A stretch of 64,000 nucleotides of DNA, from positions 21,145,280-21,209,279 of the forward strand of contig MU054187.1 in NCBI GenBank assembly GCA_013239625.1, written 5' to 3'. Of the stretch, positions 1-12,560 are shown piece after piece. Both the position numbers and the translations under genes were made by a program. Position 1 is the first letter of the stretch. The number at the start of each line of letters is the position of its first letter. The DNA comes from Lama guanicoe. Lineage: Eukaryota. The notes beneath the pieces are model-generated. The model had not been told where the DNA came from and ran no database searches. It saw only the letters and a program-made list of their open reading frames with translations.

Positions 1-434
1 TTGGATGCAAGTTTGATTGTCAGTAAATATAAGAGCATGCTTTCGAAGCAGGCAATGTATGCAAGTCTAGAACGTTACTGGTTAGCTGCCGACAGCAGAG
101 GCAATTTCTAGCACATAGTAGAGGCAGTGACAAGGCGGAGGACAAAGACAGGAACCCAGATCATGGGGAGGCTGGCACATGTAAGGCACGGTCTCTTGTT
201 GAGGAAAACAGGATACTTGGCAAGTTGTCAAGACTGAACCTCAAAGACTGGAATAAAAGAAATTCAGTTACTCAAACTTGTATACACAGAGTAGCCAGAG
301 CAGTGGAGGGATGGGTCACATTTGGAACAGAACTCACCACAGACTCACTGTACCCTGATGCTCATGGATATCTTTGTTTCCTTTTCATCAGAAGCATCTT
401 CCTATCTTTCTGATTAAAGTTTGTATTAGTTTCT

Positions 435-619
435 TTAAAAAAAATATATGTATACATATATATATATATAAATTTTTTTAAGTTATGTTTCTTTTTTGGG
501 GTGGAGGTAACCAGATTTATTTATTAATTTACTTTTAGAGGAGGTACTGGGGATTGAACCCAAGACCTCATGCATGCTAAGCCTGTGCTCTGCCACTTGA
601 GCTATACCCTCCCCACCCC
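435..619 (-). mobile_element. tRNA-Ala-derived SINE (camelid vic-1-like) with AT-rich tail
   Basis: The reverse complement of ~539-619 reads gggtatagctcaagtggcagagcacaggcttagcatgcatgaggtcttgggttcaatccccagtacctcc, a tRNA-Ala(AGC)-like head with A and B boxes. It is flanked by a perfect 13-bp TSD tgtattagtttct at 422-434 and 620-632. Confidence 0.9.
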
Positions 620-1715
620 TGTATTAGTTTCTGATTTGGGGGACCAACCAGATTCTGTTATTCAACATCATTGACCCCGGCAAAGAATAGAGTTGTGTGA
701 TGAGGAGAAGTATTCAGACAAGTCAGTTTACCTTACCAGGAATACTGTGCAAACTTAGACCTCAGAAATGGAGAAAAATAAAGCACAGTGAAACTGAAGA
801 AGAACTAATGAAATGAAAAAAAAAAAGAATATTTTCCATTGAGAAAAGTATGCAAAAATAATCTAAAATACAGTCTTTTAGGAATAAGAGGTAGATAAAG
901 TTGATGAACTTGTGTTAATAAAGTTAGGAAAATTGTGGTTGGTACAAATTAAACTAAACACAGACATATTGTCCAAATCCTGGAATCATTTGTGAAAAAC
1001 AATACATCAGTGGATTCTAGACTTCTTATTTTAAGTATCATGCATGGTGTGAGTTAGAAGGACAGTTTATCGAAGGGTCTCGGAGTCTGAATCAAGCACT
1101 CTTAAGTGGGCGCCACAAACAGGCAAGGTTGGGAACATACTGACATACAGAGTGTGTGTGTAATTTATAGATTTCATGGCCCTCAAAATGCAGTGCAGGC
1201 TGAACAATAAACAGAATCTTGAAATGTTTAAATAACTTAATAGATTGCATAGTTAGAGCTGATGGGTTACTAAGGGAAGCTGCATGTAACGCTATGGCAA
1301 GCAGCTTTGATGTTTCCAGGTGACGTTATTTTGGGCAGCTATGTTTTCCCACAAAACATTTCGCTTTGTAGTTAATACCACCTTTCATAGTCTGAGGCAG
1401 AAGGAATTTGTACTCATTTGTTCTCAAGTACGTGCGGAACCTTGTGTCTCCAGGGATGGGTTTTGTTTCAGTTTCCTTGAACACATGAGATAGTTCGTTT
1501 CCACACTAACACTTCTCGAAGCATTCTTCTATTTTATCCACCCCTTCCTCAGACACATCCTACTCATCCTAGGAACCAGGATATGGGATTACTTTTCTGT
1601 GAACAGTTGTAAATTCAAGCTTTCTACACAAAGTTAAAACTCCAAATCCATCAAACCCGTGTTGGCCAACCTTATGCTTTACCCACAGCTCCCCAAAGTT
1701 TTCAAGCTACCACTA

Positions 1716-1934
1716 CAGTTGACCTTTGAGAAACACAGGTTTGAACTCTGCATGTCCACTATACATGGATTTTTTTTCACTAAATACATACTACAGTACT
1801 ACAGATCCACTGTTGATTGAATCCATGGATGCAGAACCACAGATATGGAGGGCTGACTATAAATTATACTTGGGTTTTCAACGAGGGGTGAGGTGATGGT
1901 TACCCCAACCCCTGCATTGTTCAAGGGTCACCTG
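1716..1934. mobile_element. Tigger2-family (TcMar) non-autonomous DNA transposon / MITE
   Basis: Terminal inverted repeats cagttgacctttga...tcaagggtcacctg are flanked by TA at 1714-1715 and 1935-1936. The interior resembles the Tigger2a start (aacacaggtttgaact...gtccacta). Confidence 0.85.
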
Positions 1935-2449
1935 TAAATTATGATTACCGATATTGCTAAAGTTGTCAGGGTACACCACCTTGAAGTAGAAATAATAAAA
2001 TGTGAGAACGGTGAGTGCCTATTTTTCTATGATTTACTTAAAGAATTTAACAAAGCAATAAGATTGTTGACTGATGGATGCTGCCCACGTGGTGCTTTGG
2101 AAGTAACACTGAATATGGAACCTTCTTTCTAGATCAGGTGATTTGGACAATTTCTTGCTTGGAGAGATGAACTGTGTGTTGTTCTTAATTATCCTTAAAC
2201 AACTACAATCAAAAATAGATTTTCACTTAATAGTTCAAGGGAATGGTAGTATTTCATGTTTCTGTGGACATATAAGAAGACACAGTGTACATATATTTCA
2301 TATTCAGTTGCATAGACACCAGCATCCCTCTAAGAACAATAGATGAGTTTGGGAGACTAATGAATTGGCCTCCATGAAAATCTCACTGTGGTTGTAGCTA
2401 AGTTATCTATTTATGAAATGGGCAAAGTGCATTACTCCTAAATCGCAAC

Positions 2450-2656
2450 TTTTTTTAAATTGATGCACATTCAGTTACAATGTGTCAATTTCTGATGTGC
2501 AGCACAATGTCCCAGTCATGCATACACATACATATATTCATTTTCATATTCTTTTCCATTAAGGTTATTACAAGATATTGAATATAGTCCCCTGTGCTAT
2601 ACAGAAGAAATATGGGTTTTTAATCTATTTTTATATACAGTGGTTAACATTTGCAA
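2450..2656 (-). mobile_element. L1 3' UTR fragment, 5'-truncated (lineage-specific family)
   Basis: A poly-T is followed by cagttacaatgtgtcaatttctgatgtgcagcac...ccctgtgctatacag. The same motif recurs at ~19.4, 27.7, 51.9 and 55.0 kb. Confidence 0.8.
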
Positions 2657-3486
2657 TACAGAGCAGAGTCTAGAGTTATGATAATCGTAGGATTCCCACA
2701 AGATCTAGCTGACATGCCCTGTCGAGATGGTAATGCCTGTCCTTGAGAGACTTCATTCGGCTTTTTTCACTGCTCTCCAGAACGAAATAAAGCTCCTTAC
2801 CCTGCTTCGAGTTTGCTGTATTATGGTATATGATAATTTGTCATCGTAGTTTATTGCTTCGGGTAGATTCATAGAATTATCCCTATTTATCAAGTGCTCA
2901 CCACATCAGGTGGCTAAGTTCTGAATTTCTATTTTTTGCCCTTATCTGTTGAACTGCTGGTGGTCTGTGAACTTGGATTTCAAATTCATTGTTGCCCTTG
3001 GAAGCTGCCTGTTCTCTCGCTACCTGTTCTGCTGTCAGTTGCTTCCTGTTTTCTCAGACTCAGCTCTGTGTTCTGGGAACATGTCCCAAGTCACCTTATG
3101 ATTTAGCTCAGGCTTCAGTCTAAACAGGGACATTTACACTGAGCAGTACATTAAAAGAAACAAAATTCTAATTGCCTCCAAGGGAAATCTCACTGGAGGA
3201 GGCATTGGGAAGATATGTAACAACTTTTGGAATCCTCCAATGGATTAGCTTATGATGATTTAATCACAGTGATTATCAATCATGACCATGGTGAGGGAGG
3301 TGATCAAATTAGAACTGGATTAAAGTGTTTTTCACTGGTTTAAAAACAGCACTTTATGTCACCTTGATTGATTGTACAGCTTTTACTCACATACAGAGAG
3401 GTCAAGAGTTGTTCGTGCTATACAAGCAAGTACTTGTCAGTGAAAGAGTAATTATTACTTCATATTACTTCTGATAGAGTACTTAT

Positions 3487-3590
3487 ATGTTTTATATATA
3501 TATTTATATATTATATATAATGTATTTGTATATTATATATAATATATTTGTATATTATGTATTTATGTATTTATATATTTTATATATATC
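3487..3590. repeat. AT-rich (TA/TATT) low-complexity tract
   Basis: Degenerate tatatatatttatatattatat run, seen directly. Confidence 0.85.
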
Positions 3591-3934
3591 CCTGATATCA
3601 GCTTTAAGAATAAATATAACTTTAAATAAATTTAATGACATCTTAAAAAACTTCCACAAGTGCCAACTAATAAATTAAAAAAAAATTCATCTAAACTGTA
3701 CTGTCCTTCAAGATCTATAAAATATGCCTTTAATTTGCTTTCGTACTGGTTGATTAATGCTAGAAGGCTTATGCTGAGAAATTTCATGAATGACCTGATT
3801 TCACAGGATGTTTAGCTAAGTGTATTTTATCCGTTACTCCATCACATGGTAAGAAATTTTAATGCTGATAGTCTATGTTTCTCAAAAGATTAGATCATGT
3901 ATTACTATAGAAAGAATACACACTTTGTTGTCAG

Positions 3935-4040
3935 GCTTCTGTTAGAATTCTAGCTTTGCCCCATTTGATGTTGTTACTTAATTCCTGTAAAGCTTTGGTT
4001 TATTCGCCTACAAAATGGGATGAATAATGCCCATTTCATA
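3935..4040 (+). mobile_element. MIR fragment
   Basis: gaattctagctttgcc...tacaaaatgggatgaataatgcccatttcatag resembles the MIR core. Confidence 0.55.
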
Positions 4041-4139
4041 GACTTCCTCACTCTTCACATCCAATCCATGACTGAGCCATGTAATTTCTTCCTGTAAAGT
4101 ATATTTAAGATGCATAATATTTCTGAGATATAAACCAAT

Positions 4140-5030
4140 GTATTTTCTTCCTTGGTAATCTGTAATCTCCAGCTCCTGGATGCCCAGAGTTCTGCATCAA
4201 GAACCACTCCTGGTGGACCTTCACTGGAGAGTTATTTTCATATTACAGAGAGGATAATCTTTCCACCTGAGTTCTCTAGGCCATGAGGCTTCCTGCCCCT
4301 ACGAATGAGGGCCAGACAATGTAAGATAAATTTAGATCACATGCGAAGACAAATACACTCCTTGAGAGTGTAGGAAAAAGAAACAAGCAGCCAAGTATGT
4401 GTCTCTTCCTGTTTAAAACCCTAGAAGTGGAAAGGGGTTAGGGTCAGGTGCTTGAGTCTTTTATCATAAGCTTAGGGGAAGGCTGCAGCTGCCAGGATAG
4501 ACCAGTGTCAATGGGAGGGGCCCAGGCAGAGTGGAAAAGTGATACCACAAGTGATTTAGAGAAGAGAGGGTCACAGGTAGCCATCCCAGAGCGGCCTACA
4601 GGAATGCAGATGTTTCTCCATGCTTTGTGATGGGAGGCATTGAGCACCAGTGTTCCTGCATCAAGGTCCCTATGACTGAGCATGAGGTGTCTCCCCTGCA
4701 GAGGCTGAGAGCTGGGCAACTTTGGCGGGAGTTGATGGAGGATGTGGTTGATTTCAGAAGGTCCACCAGTGACACCAAGAGTCATGGTGAGGCCAAATCA
4801 GCAAAGAAAACACCCCCTGGATCCTAACAGTCATAATATAACAGAACAAGGTTCCATCAGGAACAGAGAAGCCAGAAAAACTCCCCGTGACCAGGTGGTA
4901 AAGAGAAATCACCAAAAAGAAAGAGCAGACCTTCCCTGTGTAACTCTGGGCCTGCCTCAGTTCTCAGTGAGAGTGGTTAAGCATCCTTCTTCACCAAAGT
5001 CACATTATTCTGTAACATCTTCCATAATCA
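4140..5030 (+). mobile_element. Probable ancient LTR remnant (family unassigned)
   Basis: Purine- and GC-richer block with a TATA-like tttaaaa followed by G-rich sequence, sitting between L2 and L1 relics. No family could be assigned from memory. Confidence 0.3.
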
Positions 5031-6130
5031 TAAAGCTTTACTATTTATATCTAGGTCTTTAATCCATAATGATTTGTGTATGTGTAGGTACCCATATGAA
5101 GTATAGTCAGGATACAATTTTACCATTTTTCCATGTTGGTAACTTCTTGTTAAGGCACCATTTATTAAAAAGGTGTATCTTTCCACATTGAATTATAATA
5201 CCACCACTTTCAAACAGGGTTTCTCTCTCTAAATATCTATCCAGCATCTGTCTACCTGATACATCTGTGGATTCTAATCTGTTCCAGGGATCTGTTTGTC
5301 CATCCCTATGTAACTCAGTACACCATGTTTGTTTATGTATGGCGGCCATTTTAAATTGAAAAAAAAAATCTCAATTCTTCTTGGCTACTTATTCTTTTCT
5401 CAATTTTTAGGATCAGGTTCTTTAATTCTGTGAGCAGTTTCACTAGGATTTTGATTGCAGTTGATGTAAATTTATAAGTAAATTCAGAGACAAAGAGTAT
5501 ATTTGCAATGATGAGTGTGCTCCATCCAACAATATGGCATAACACACACTCTCAGGCTCTTCTTTTTCTGGTCTGCTCAAGCCTCTCAGTACTATTTTGT
5601 GAATCTCCAGAGGACACCTCAGGCATCTTCTGCTGGACATTCCTGGGTACCTTTTTTTGTTACTGTTGTAAAAGGGTGTTTTTTTTTTCTCCCCACTTAT
5701 TCTTTCAGATCAGTCATTTCTCGTATAAGGCATGTTGGTGATGTTGTTGGTGGCTGCTAACACCCATCACTTTTGAACAGTCTCATTAGTTCTCATACTT
5801 TACAAATGTGGTTCTGTTTCTTTCTTAACCAGTTTTAGTATTCATAGGTGTTTAGATAGATGGTTCTTCGTACTAGTCTTAAATTTATGGGACTATTTTT
5901 AAATGCCTCCATGGAAGTGTTGTGTTTACTTTTCATTTTTGATAGCTATTCTTTATCAAATTAAGAGGTTTAACTTTTTTCCCTAAGAATATTTTTATCC
6001 AGTACACATTTTATTTTTTCAATCTTTTTTTTTTCTTTTATTAAGATTTTAGTACATGGTTTTCCTTTTTTTAACCTAGTAAATGAAATCTGACTTCAGT
6101 AGAGTTTCTCGTGTTGAATCGTACTCTGGT
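5030..6130 (-). mobile_element. Old L1 (L1M-type) ORF2 remnant
   Basis: Minus-strand ORF 5107-5349 gives DPWNRLE...QCGKIHLFNKWCLNK, resembling L1 ORF2 DQWNRIE...[16 protein letters not shown]. Heavily decayed. Confidence 0.8.
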
Positions 6131-6399
6131 GACAATGTTACTTTATCCTCTTTGTACATTCCCATGTGCTTTCTCTGTAATTGTTGGTATGATTTTTTTT
6201 TTTTTGCCTTGTTTCAGGTCCCCCATTCCTCAGTTGTTTGACTTTGTCCTTATCCCTGTCCCCACTTGAGAATTTACGTGTGCTTCTGCTCTCTCAACAC
6301 TCCTTCTTTACTTAAAGAAAAGATGCTCTTAACACTGGCTCTTCCTCTGGTTTTCTCAGTTTCACCGTCTTTCCACTTTCTTCAATTCCTTATTCTATT

Positions 6400-6870
6400 T
6401 CATTTTTGATCTACAGCTTCTTCTTTTCTACTGCTCCCACATTCTCTACCTCCGATCGTGTGCAGGCTCCCCTGTTCCCTGCAATCCCTTCAATTTGCAC
6501 TTACCCCGGGGCACATCTGCTCTTTATTTAGCATCAGGAATTTTGAAGGGATAGAAAAGGCTGGGTGCTCAGGACCTCAGCTCCCTCTCCATTGTACTCA
6601 AACTGCACTAAGTTTACCTGTGACTTAATTACCAAGTCAATTAACCTGTTTTCCTCCTTCATTCAACTTAATCTTTTTAGTGCATCTAACAAGATCTGCT
6701 GTCTTCTTGATACAGTTTTATCAACTATATCATTTGTTTCTGTGACATTATTTTCCTTTGATTTTGTTTTCCGTCTACCTGATTATTATTTCTGTATTTT
6801 TTTCTTGCTGTTCTCTTCTCTAAATATTAATGAATTTTTACCTAGGAGAAAAATTAAAAGCATCTATTGA
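6400..6870 (+). mobile_element. L2 LINE remnant
   Basis: aaactgcactaagtttacctgtgacttaattaccaagtcaat...cttaatctttttagtgcatctaaca resembles the L2 RT region (ETAL.KVTNDL...LDLSAAFD). Confidence 0.65.
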
Positions 6871-7859
6871 AACATTAAAAATCTGTTGACTACATAAGTT
6901 TCATTGATGATTGGAAATGTAATTTCTGTCTAATAAGGTTTCTGAATGCCTCTAAATTATAAATAAATTATGTGATCAAATTAATATCATCAAAAATTTA
7001 TGTTTTGGCATTAGAGATGTTTTCACTCTTCTTTTTTGTCTCTGTAATGATCGGGCATAGCGTACATAAGAATGTCAAAAGATGAACATGTGCTGGTGAA
7101 CTGCTTACATTTGGGATGGGAATTAAATATATGACCTTTCTGAACATTAAACCAGCACAAGGATAAAACATTACTGCAGTGAAGTTTTCATTTTTAAATT
7201 GAAATATGACTAACATATCTCTTTTGAAATAATTATTCTTAAAGTTGTCTTTAATTTTTTCTGTGGTTTAACATTGCTAATTATATCTACAAAAATCTGT
7301 ACGTAACACACACTGATGCATAAAGAAGATGCATCAGCTGAGCAGGTTGTCCTACGATGGCTTAGATTATCAAACATTTGCAAGTTAAATTCAGTATTAC
7401 TGTGAAAATTTAAAGAATTAACCGAAATTAACATAATTTATTTTGTTTCATTAGTGAATACCCCCAAATTTAAAGTTCTTCAGGCTATTTTATATGCTTA
7501 TTAGGGTAATTGTCATTATTCATTTTTTATTTAAAAATTCAATGATGTTAAGCATACCATGTGTGATGAATATAAAAATATATACCATTGAATTAAAAAT
7601 CGTCTTCCTTCCAGTTGCCAACTTGAAATGCCAAACATTTCACTGATCTTCATACTCCACGTAACGTCAAGCCATTTATGGCCCCCATGCTGCCAAATGG
7701 AAAAGAGCAATACTCATCAACCATTTAAGCTTCAAAAAGCAAAAGGCATTATTTCATTTGTGAGCCTCTCTCCTAATAAATACCGATCCTTTCTTATTTT
7801 TCTTCATGACTTTACATGATGGGGGGCAGGCAGCATTCCCCATTGAGGGTGTTTATTGG

Positions 7860-7970
7860 TTTCTCTGTCACGAGAGACCACAGCTCAGTGAGGATGGCAG
7901 TCAGTCTGTCTTATTTGCCACTATAATCTCAGCACTTAACATAATGCCTGGTTAGTTGGGATGAATGCAT
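7860..7970 (+). mobile_element. L2 3' end fragment
   Basis: agctcagtgaggatggcag...tgtcttatttgccactataatctcagcacttaacataatgcctgg...gatgaatg. Confidence 0.6.
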
Positions 7971-8059
7971 TTCTTTTCAAGCTTGCTTTTGCATTTTTGC
8001 ATATAGTTATTAATGAAAAATGAGCCACCCCTATGTCTTCATCACTGCTTGGTGCCTGA

Positions 8060-8840
8060 GGGTGTCAGAAGGATATTAAAACGTGTTGCCTCCTGTCAGA
8101 AGTCTTCAGCATATGGAGATACAGATGAATGAGTATGGGTCAGTCTAAGATCCTGCTTGGATTTCGCAAGGTATAGATCATACAGGTATTTATTAAAGAG
8201 GACCTTCCACAGAGAAGCAGCATGATGGAAGTGACAGCTGAATAAAGGTTAGAGAAGAAATATGGGCAGGAAACAGGGAAACGTTGGTTTCCACATGAAT
8301 GGAGCAAGACATTGAGAGCTTGAGGAAGGAAAAAAATCAGAAAGCATTGGAGAGGTGAGAGGACCCAGGGGTCATTAAAGAAGTGTTTGGAAATTGGGTA
8401 ACATTTGTATCTTGGTAATGAAGTATTCTGAAAGGCAGGTAAAGTACTTTTTCACCTTACAGAGAAAAAAACATACAGGGATCTAATGAATAGTTGTAAG
8501 GAAAAGAATCACCTGATGGTGTATTGCAGTAGCTATGGTAAATTGTAAATTCAATAAACTGAAGTACAGTGTGAAATTCAGTGAGTTTCATGGGATTTCA
8601 ATGAAGACAGCAGGAATTAAGGGAAGGAAAAAATGTGGTGTTTGACCTCAGATAGGTAAATGAAAAAGAGGTCAACAAACTAAAACCAAATTGTCTAATT
8701 TGGGTAAAGAAATGAACCAGGGTTCTGTAGTAAGATTTAGGAAAATTGAGAGATAAGGGTTAATTTTTGACACATGAAATTTGTCACATGAAATTTGAGA
8801 TGGTAGCCAGATAGTTAAATGGAAATGTCCCGAAGAATCA
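8060..8840 (-). mobile_element. L2 remnant
   Basis: Purine-rich decayed block ending ttgacacatgaaatttgagatgg...gatagttaaatggaaatgtcc, typical of antisense L2. Confidence 0.5.
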
Positions 8841-9089
8841 GGAAGCTACTTCAACTACAGTTTACACAATTTCCCAGGCCCACCTGCATACATGTTGACA
8901 CAATTTTATTCCCTTTAATTGTGCCTGTTTCTTCTAGAACATTTCCATCTTAAAATGGAACTCTAATTCTCATTTCTATAATTTATTTTATAAATGGCCA
9001 AGTTCTCAGTAGGCTAGTGCAGCTATCAAGAAGAGTGAGATGTCATGCAATCATTTTAAATACAAAATTACTTATTTTAGAAAGATATA

Positions 9090-9200
9090 AAATTTCCCTT
9101 CTTTTAAAATGGAGATAATAATATCTTGCCCTACCTAGCTTACAGGGTTATTGTAAGGATCAGAAGAGATGATGGGTTTGAAATCACTTGGAAAACTAAC
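9090..9200 (+). mobile_element. MIR/MIR3 fragment
   Basis: taaaatggagataataatatcttgccctacctagcttacagggttattgtaaggatca. Confidence 0.7.
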
Positions 9201-11899
9201 ATCCTCCACAGATACAAGCTAGCATCGTTGTGATTATACCGTGCCCTCGATATGAACCTGAAACAATTTTCAGTTTTCACCTATCATGTCACTCTTCTAA
9301 TTCCCATAGCACACACCCCACAAGATTTTTATCATGAGACTCTATTTTAATCAACAACAGAAGCATTTTCATGAAAGCATAATACTGTTTCTATAGTAGA
9401 TATTCTTTGAACTCTGGATGAAGACTAATACACATCTCAAGGACCATTATACTTCTGAGAGTTTTTCCCTCTCTCTTTCATTTATAGCTTCCTTTCCCCC
9501 TCTATTACATGGATGCAATGAAATGATTTCATCAGGTAAAGTACCGTATAAAAAATGTGACTGTCCTCCTTTCTCCTAGCTTCATCTTTTCTCACTGTGT
9601 GAGTTTGAATTCTCTGATAAGCACTGAATATTGTTTCCACCCCCTGGCATCAGTCTGTCCTGGGAATCAAACCAGACATTGAAGGTGTTGTCAGCCTCCT
9701 CATTTTGTGCACCTTGGAACTGGGACTTGGTACCAACCAGACCCAAAAGCTGTAGTGTCCAAGGAAGTTCTAACTTTTCCAAAGTCTTTCTATGACTGTC
9801 CTCCAGCCCTTCAGCAAATTAATATTGCACCAGCGTTTGTAATGTTTGTTTTGGCCACTGACATAATAATGACAAAAACAAGAGGGGTGCACACAGTCTG
9901 TCGGGTAAACACAGGTTTTATGACTTCCATCTCCTTTTGCCCCCCCCACATTTAGGAAAATAAAGCAGACAGTTCAGTCAGCTTCTTTAGATGTCAAGTA
10001 TAGATTGCCATCTTTGGGGAAAAAATTAGCAAGTTTAATTGTTGTAATACTGGACTAACTTTACTTTCCAAACCTCTTAAAGAATAAAGACATTGCTGAT
10101 TGGACTATTAAAGACAAGAAGGTAAATTTAACCAATTTCTAAGAGAGAGAGAAGTGAATTTTTGGATAAGCCAAATTTTAGATACATACTGTTATAGTTA
10201 AACAAGTCCTTAAAAACTTTAATGACATGAGAGAAAAAATTTACAATACCAATGATCTTTAGGTGTTTTTCTTATTTCATCTAAAGATCATTTTAGAATG
10301 AAAAGGGCAGACACTCTGATTCCCCATCCTTTCGTCCTCAGTTCGGAAGGGCTTCTTCCTAGATTCCTGAGTCCTGGGAGGAATAGCCCCGTTGTTCTGG
10401 ACCATTGCATAACTTCAGCCTTTATTCCTTGACACTTCTTTTCTAGAATCTTCCACATGCCCTCTTCCCAAGATTGACTGACTCTCCTTATAGCAGAGCT
10501 TGATGAAACAGTTGCTAAGTTTTGAAGCCCCTTGGTCTTTGCATTGTGGCTTTTCTAGCTGCAGCCGGGATGGGTGATACAGGTGTCAGGACCAGCCTTT
10601 GGTGTTGGATCATCTCAGACATCCCACACACTGCACCCAGGAAGCTGGTCTGGGGTGGCCCTGAGCTTGACGATGCACCCTCCTCGTCTAAGGTTGCTGG
10701 CCAGTTCCACCGTGCTTCCAAAAGGGCCGAATGAGGCGCTGATTCCAGGACAGGATGCCTTGTTCTGCCCGCTGTATCATTCTGCTGCCTCACGAGATGC
10801 CCTCATTATATTTGACCTGATAACTTTAACTCTCTCCCTCTCTCTCCTTTTTCTGGGCACTTATACCAAGAAGTACAAACATCCACTTAGGGAAGAGAGC
10901 ATGCTGTCAGAGTTGGGTCTTTTTTGATACTTGAATTAGGTCACCAAGTCACTGCAGATTTATAGAGGCGAGAGAGAGACACTGCACTTGAGAATTTGCC
11001 GTAATTGCCACAAGCTCCAAACCTGTAATTACTGTTGCCACTCTGGGAATTACAAGTGAAGCGTCCGTAGCTAGCTTTTGCCCTTAGCCATCCTGACTTT
11101 CCTGCCGTATTTTTCTACTTTCGCCTTTGTTAGAATTTATAGTAGAAATAGAACTTGTAAAAATCCAGCTGCGTGTTGTTGGACTAGTACAAAGAATGAG
11201 ATTTTAAAAATGTATTTGATGCCTAACACGCATCAAAGTGCAGAAGAGAAATTTAATTGGTGGTAATACAACTAATTGTTCATTTTAACAAAAAATCCAG
11301 GAGAGCTGACTGGCATTTGCAGTGTTTGAGCTCATCATATAAGACTTATGTAGCACTTTGTAATTTAGCATTGCAGTGTCGTTCCATCAGGGAGGGGTTA
11401 TCTCTACTCCATTCTAAAAATGAGGACATTAGCAACATGACAAATGGGGATACTAAGAGGTCAGAGACCCCACGGATTGGCTTGATTCAGCAACTGGGAC
11501 TTCTGGGTTGTTTGTAGAGATCCTTGCATGGCAGGGACCGCTTCCCTGCTTAAGTTTACCCCTTAACTCCACCTTGTCTTCAGGGCAAGTGGCCAAGGAG
11601 AGCTACATGTCTTCTGTTTTATCACTCCATCCCACAGCTCTGTTTCCTTCCTGCTCCTTCCTTTCCTGTCCTTCAGTGATCTCAACCTCTTGTAGACCCT
11701 GTCATGCGGGAATTCTGTCCCTCCTTTATACCTGGATAACTGACTCCTATCTTGGGGGCAGGTCCTTTGGGAAAACCAAAGCCTGGTGTGAGTCAGCCTC
11801 CAGTGACACCTTGTACAATCTCCATTTGATCCATTGGCACCGTTAATATACTGCTCCCCTTAGATTAAGCTTCTGAGGGTAAAGACTGCCTCTTTCATT

Positions 11900-12030
11900 T
11901 TTGTTTCCTCATTTTCTTCATCTATAAAATAAATATAATAATAGCCACCCTGTAGATTTATTGGGAGGGTTGGAGGTAACATATGTAAGTGAAGTAACTA
12001 ACAGTGCCAGTGACATGGTAATAAAGCTAA
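11900..12030 (+). mobile_element. MIR fragment
   Basis: tttcctcat...catctataaaataaatataataatagccaccctgtagatttattgggagg...acagtgccagtgacatggtaa. Confidence 0.6.
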
Positions 12031-12399
12031 CCATAAATCAAATTTATTAAACTCATTTTCTGTGTGCCATGTGCCGTGGTAGGCATTTAGCGTGTATTAT
12101 CTGTAATCCTTATGTAATGATTTTACTCAGTGGTCTGAACTCCAAGGTGATATAAGCAGAAAGCGCTTTTTTATTTTTCTTCAACCATGTTATCACATCT
12201 GTTGACCTGCCATTTGTTACATGTTAGACTGAGGTCATAATTGTTCAGACCACCAATACTAAACACAGTTTAATTTTAGCAACTTGAAATTTTCCAGGCT
12301 GTTCTTAATTCGAGTAAAATTCGACATGTTTCCCATCCCCTGAGTTCAGGTCTGACACTAGCTCTAGTCCTGCCTTTTGGAATAGTTTTTTCTTCTTCT

Positions 12400-12560
12400 A
12401 TTTTTTTTTTTTGTTTTTAACACCTTTATTTTGGTATGGTTCCTATATAGTAAACCACACATATTTCAAATGTACAATTTGATGGATTTTGATAGATGTG
12501 TGCACCAATGAAACCACTACCACAATCAAGATAGCTAACATTTCCATCACTCCCTAAGAG
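12400..12560 (-). mobile_element. Old L1 3' end (L1MB/ME-like)
   Basis: A poly-T is followed by tgtacaatttgatggattttgatagatgtgtgcac...aaccactaccacaatcaagata...aacatttccatcactcc. Confidence 0.8.

Noticed and set aside
2761..2830. Strong polypyrimidine/CAG acceptor at 2780
   Set aside because: Only a weak donor follows and the peptides are unrecognised.
8771..8797. Short tandem duplications (also ~37910-37944 and ~49320-49349)
   Set aside because: Ordinary 13-17-bp slippage events; two copies with no spacers, so not an array or CRISPR.
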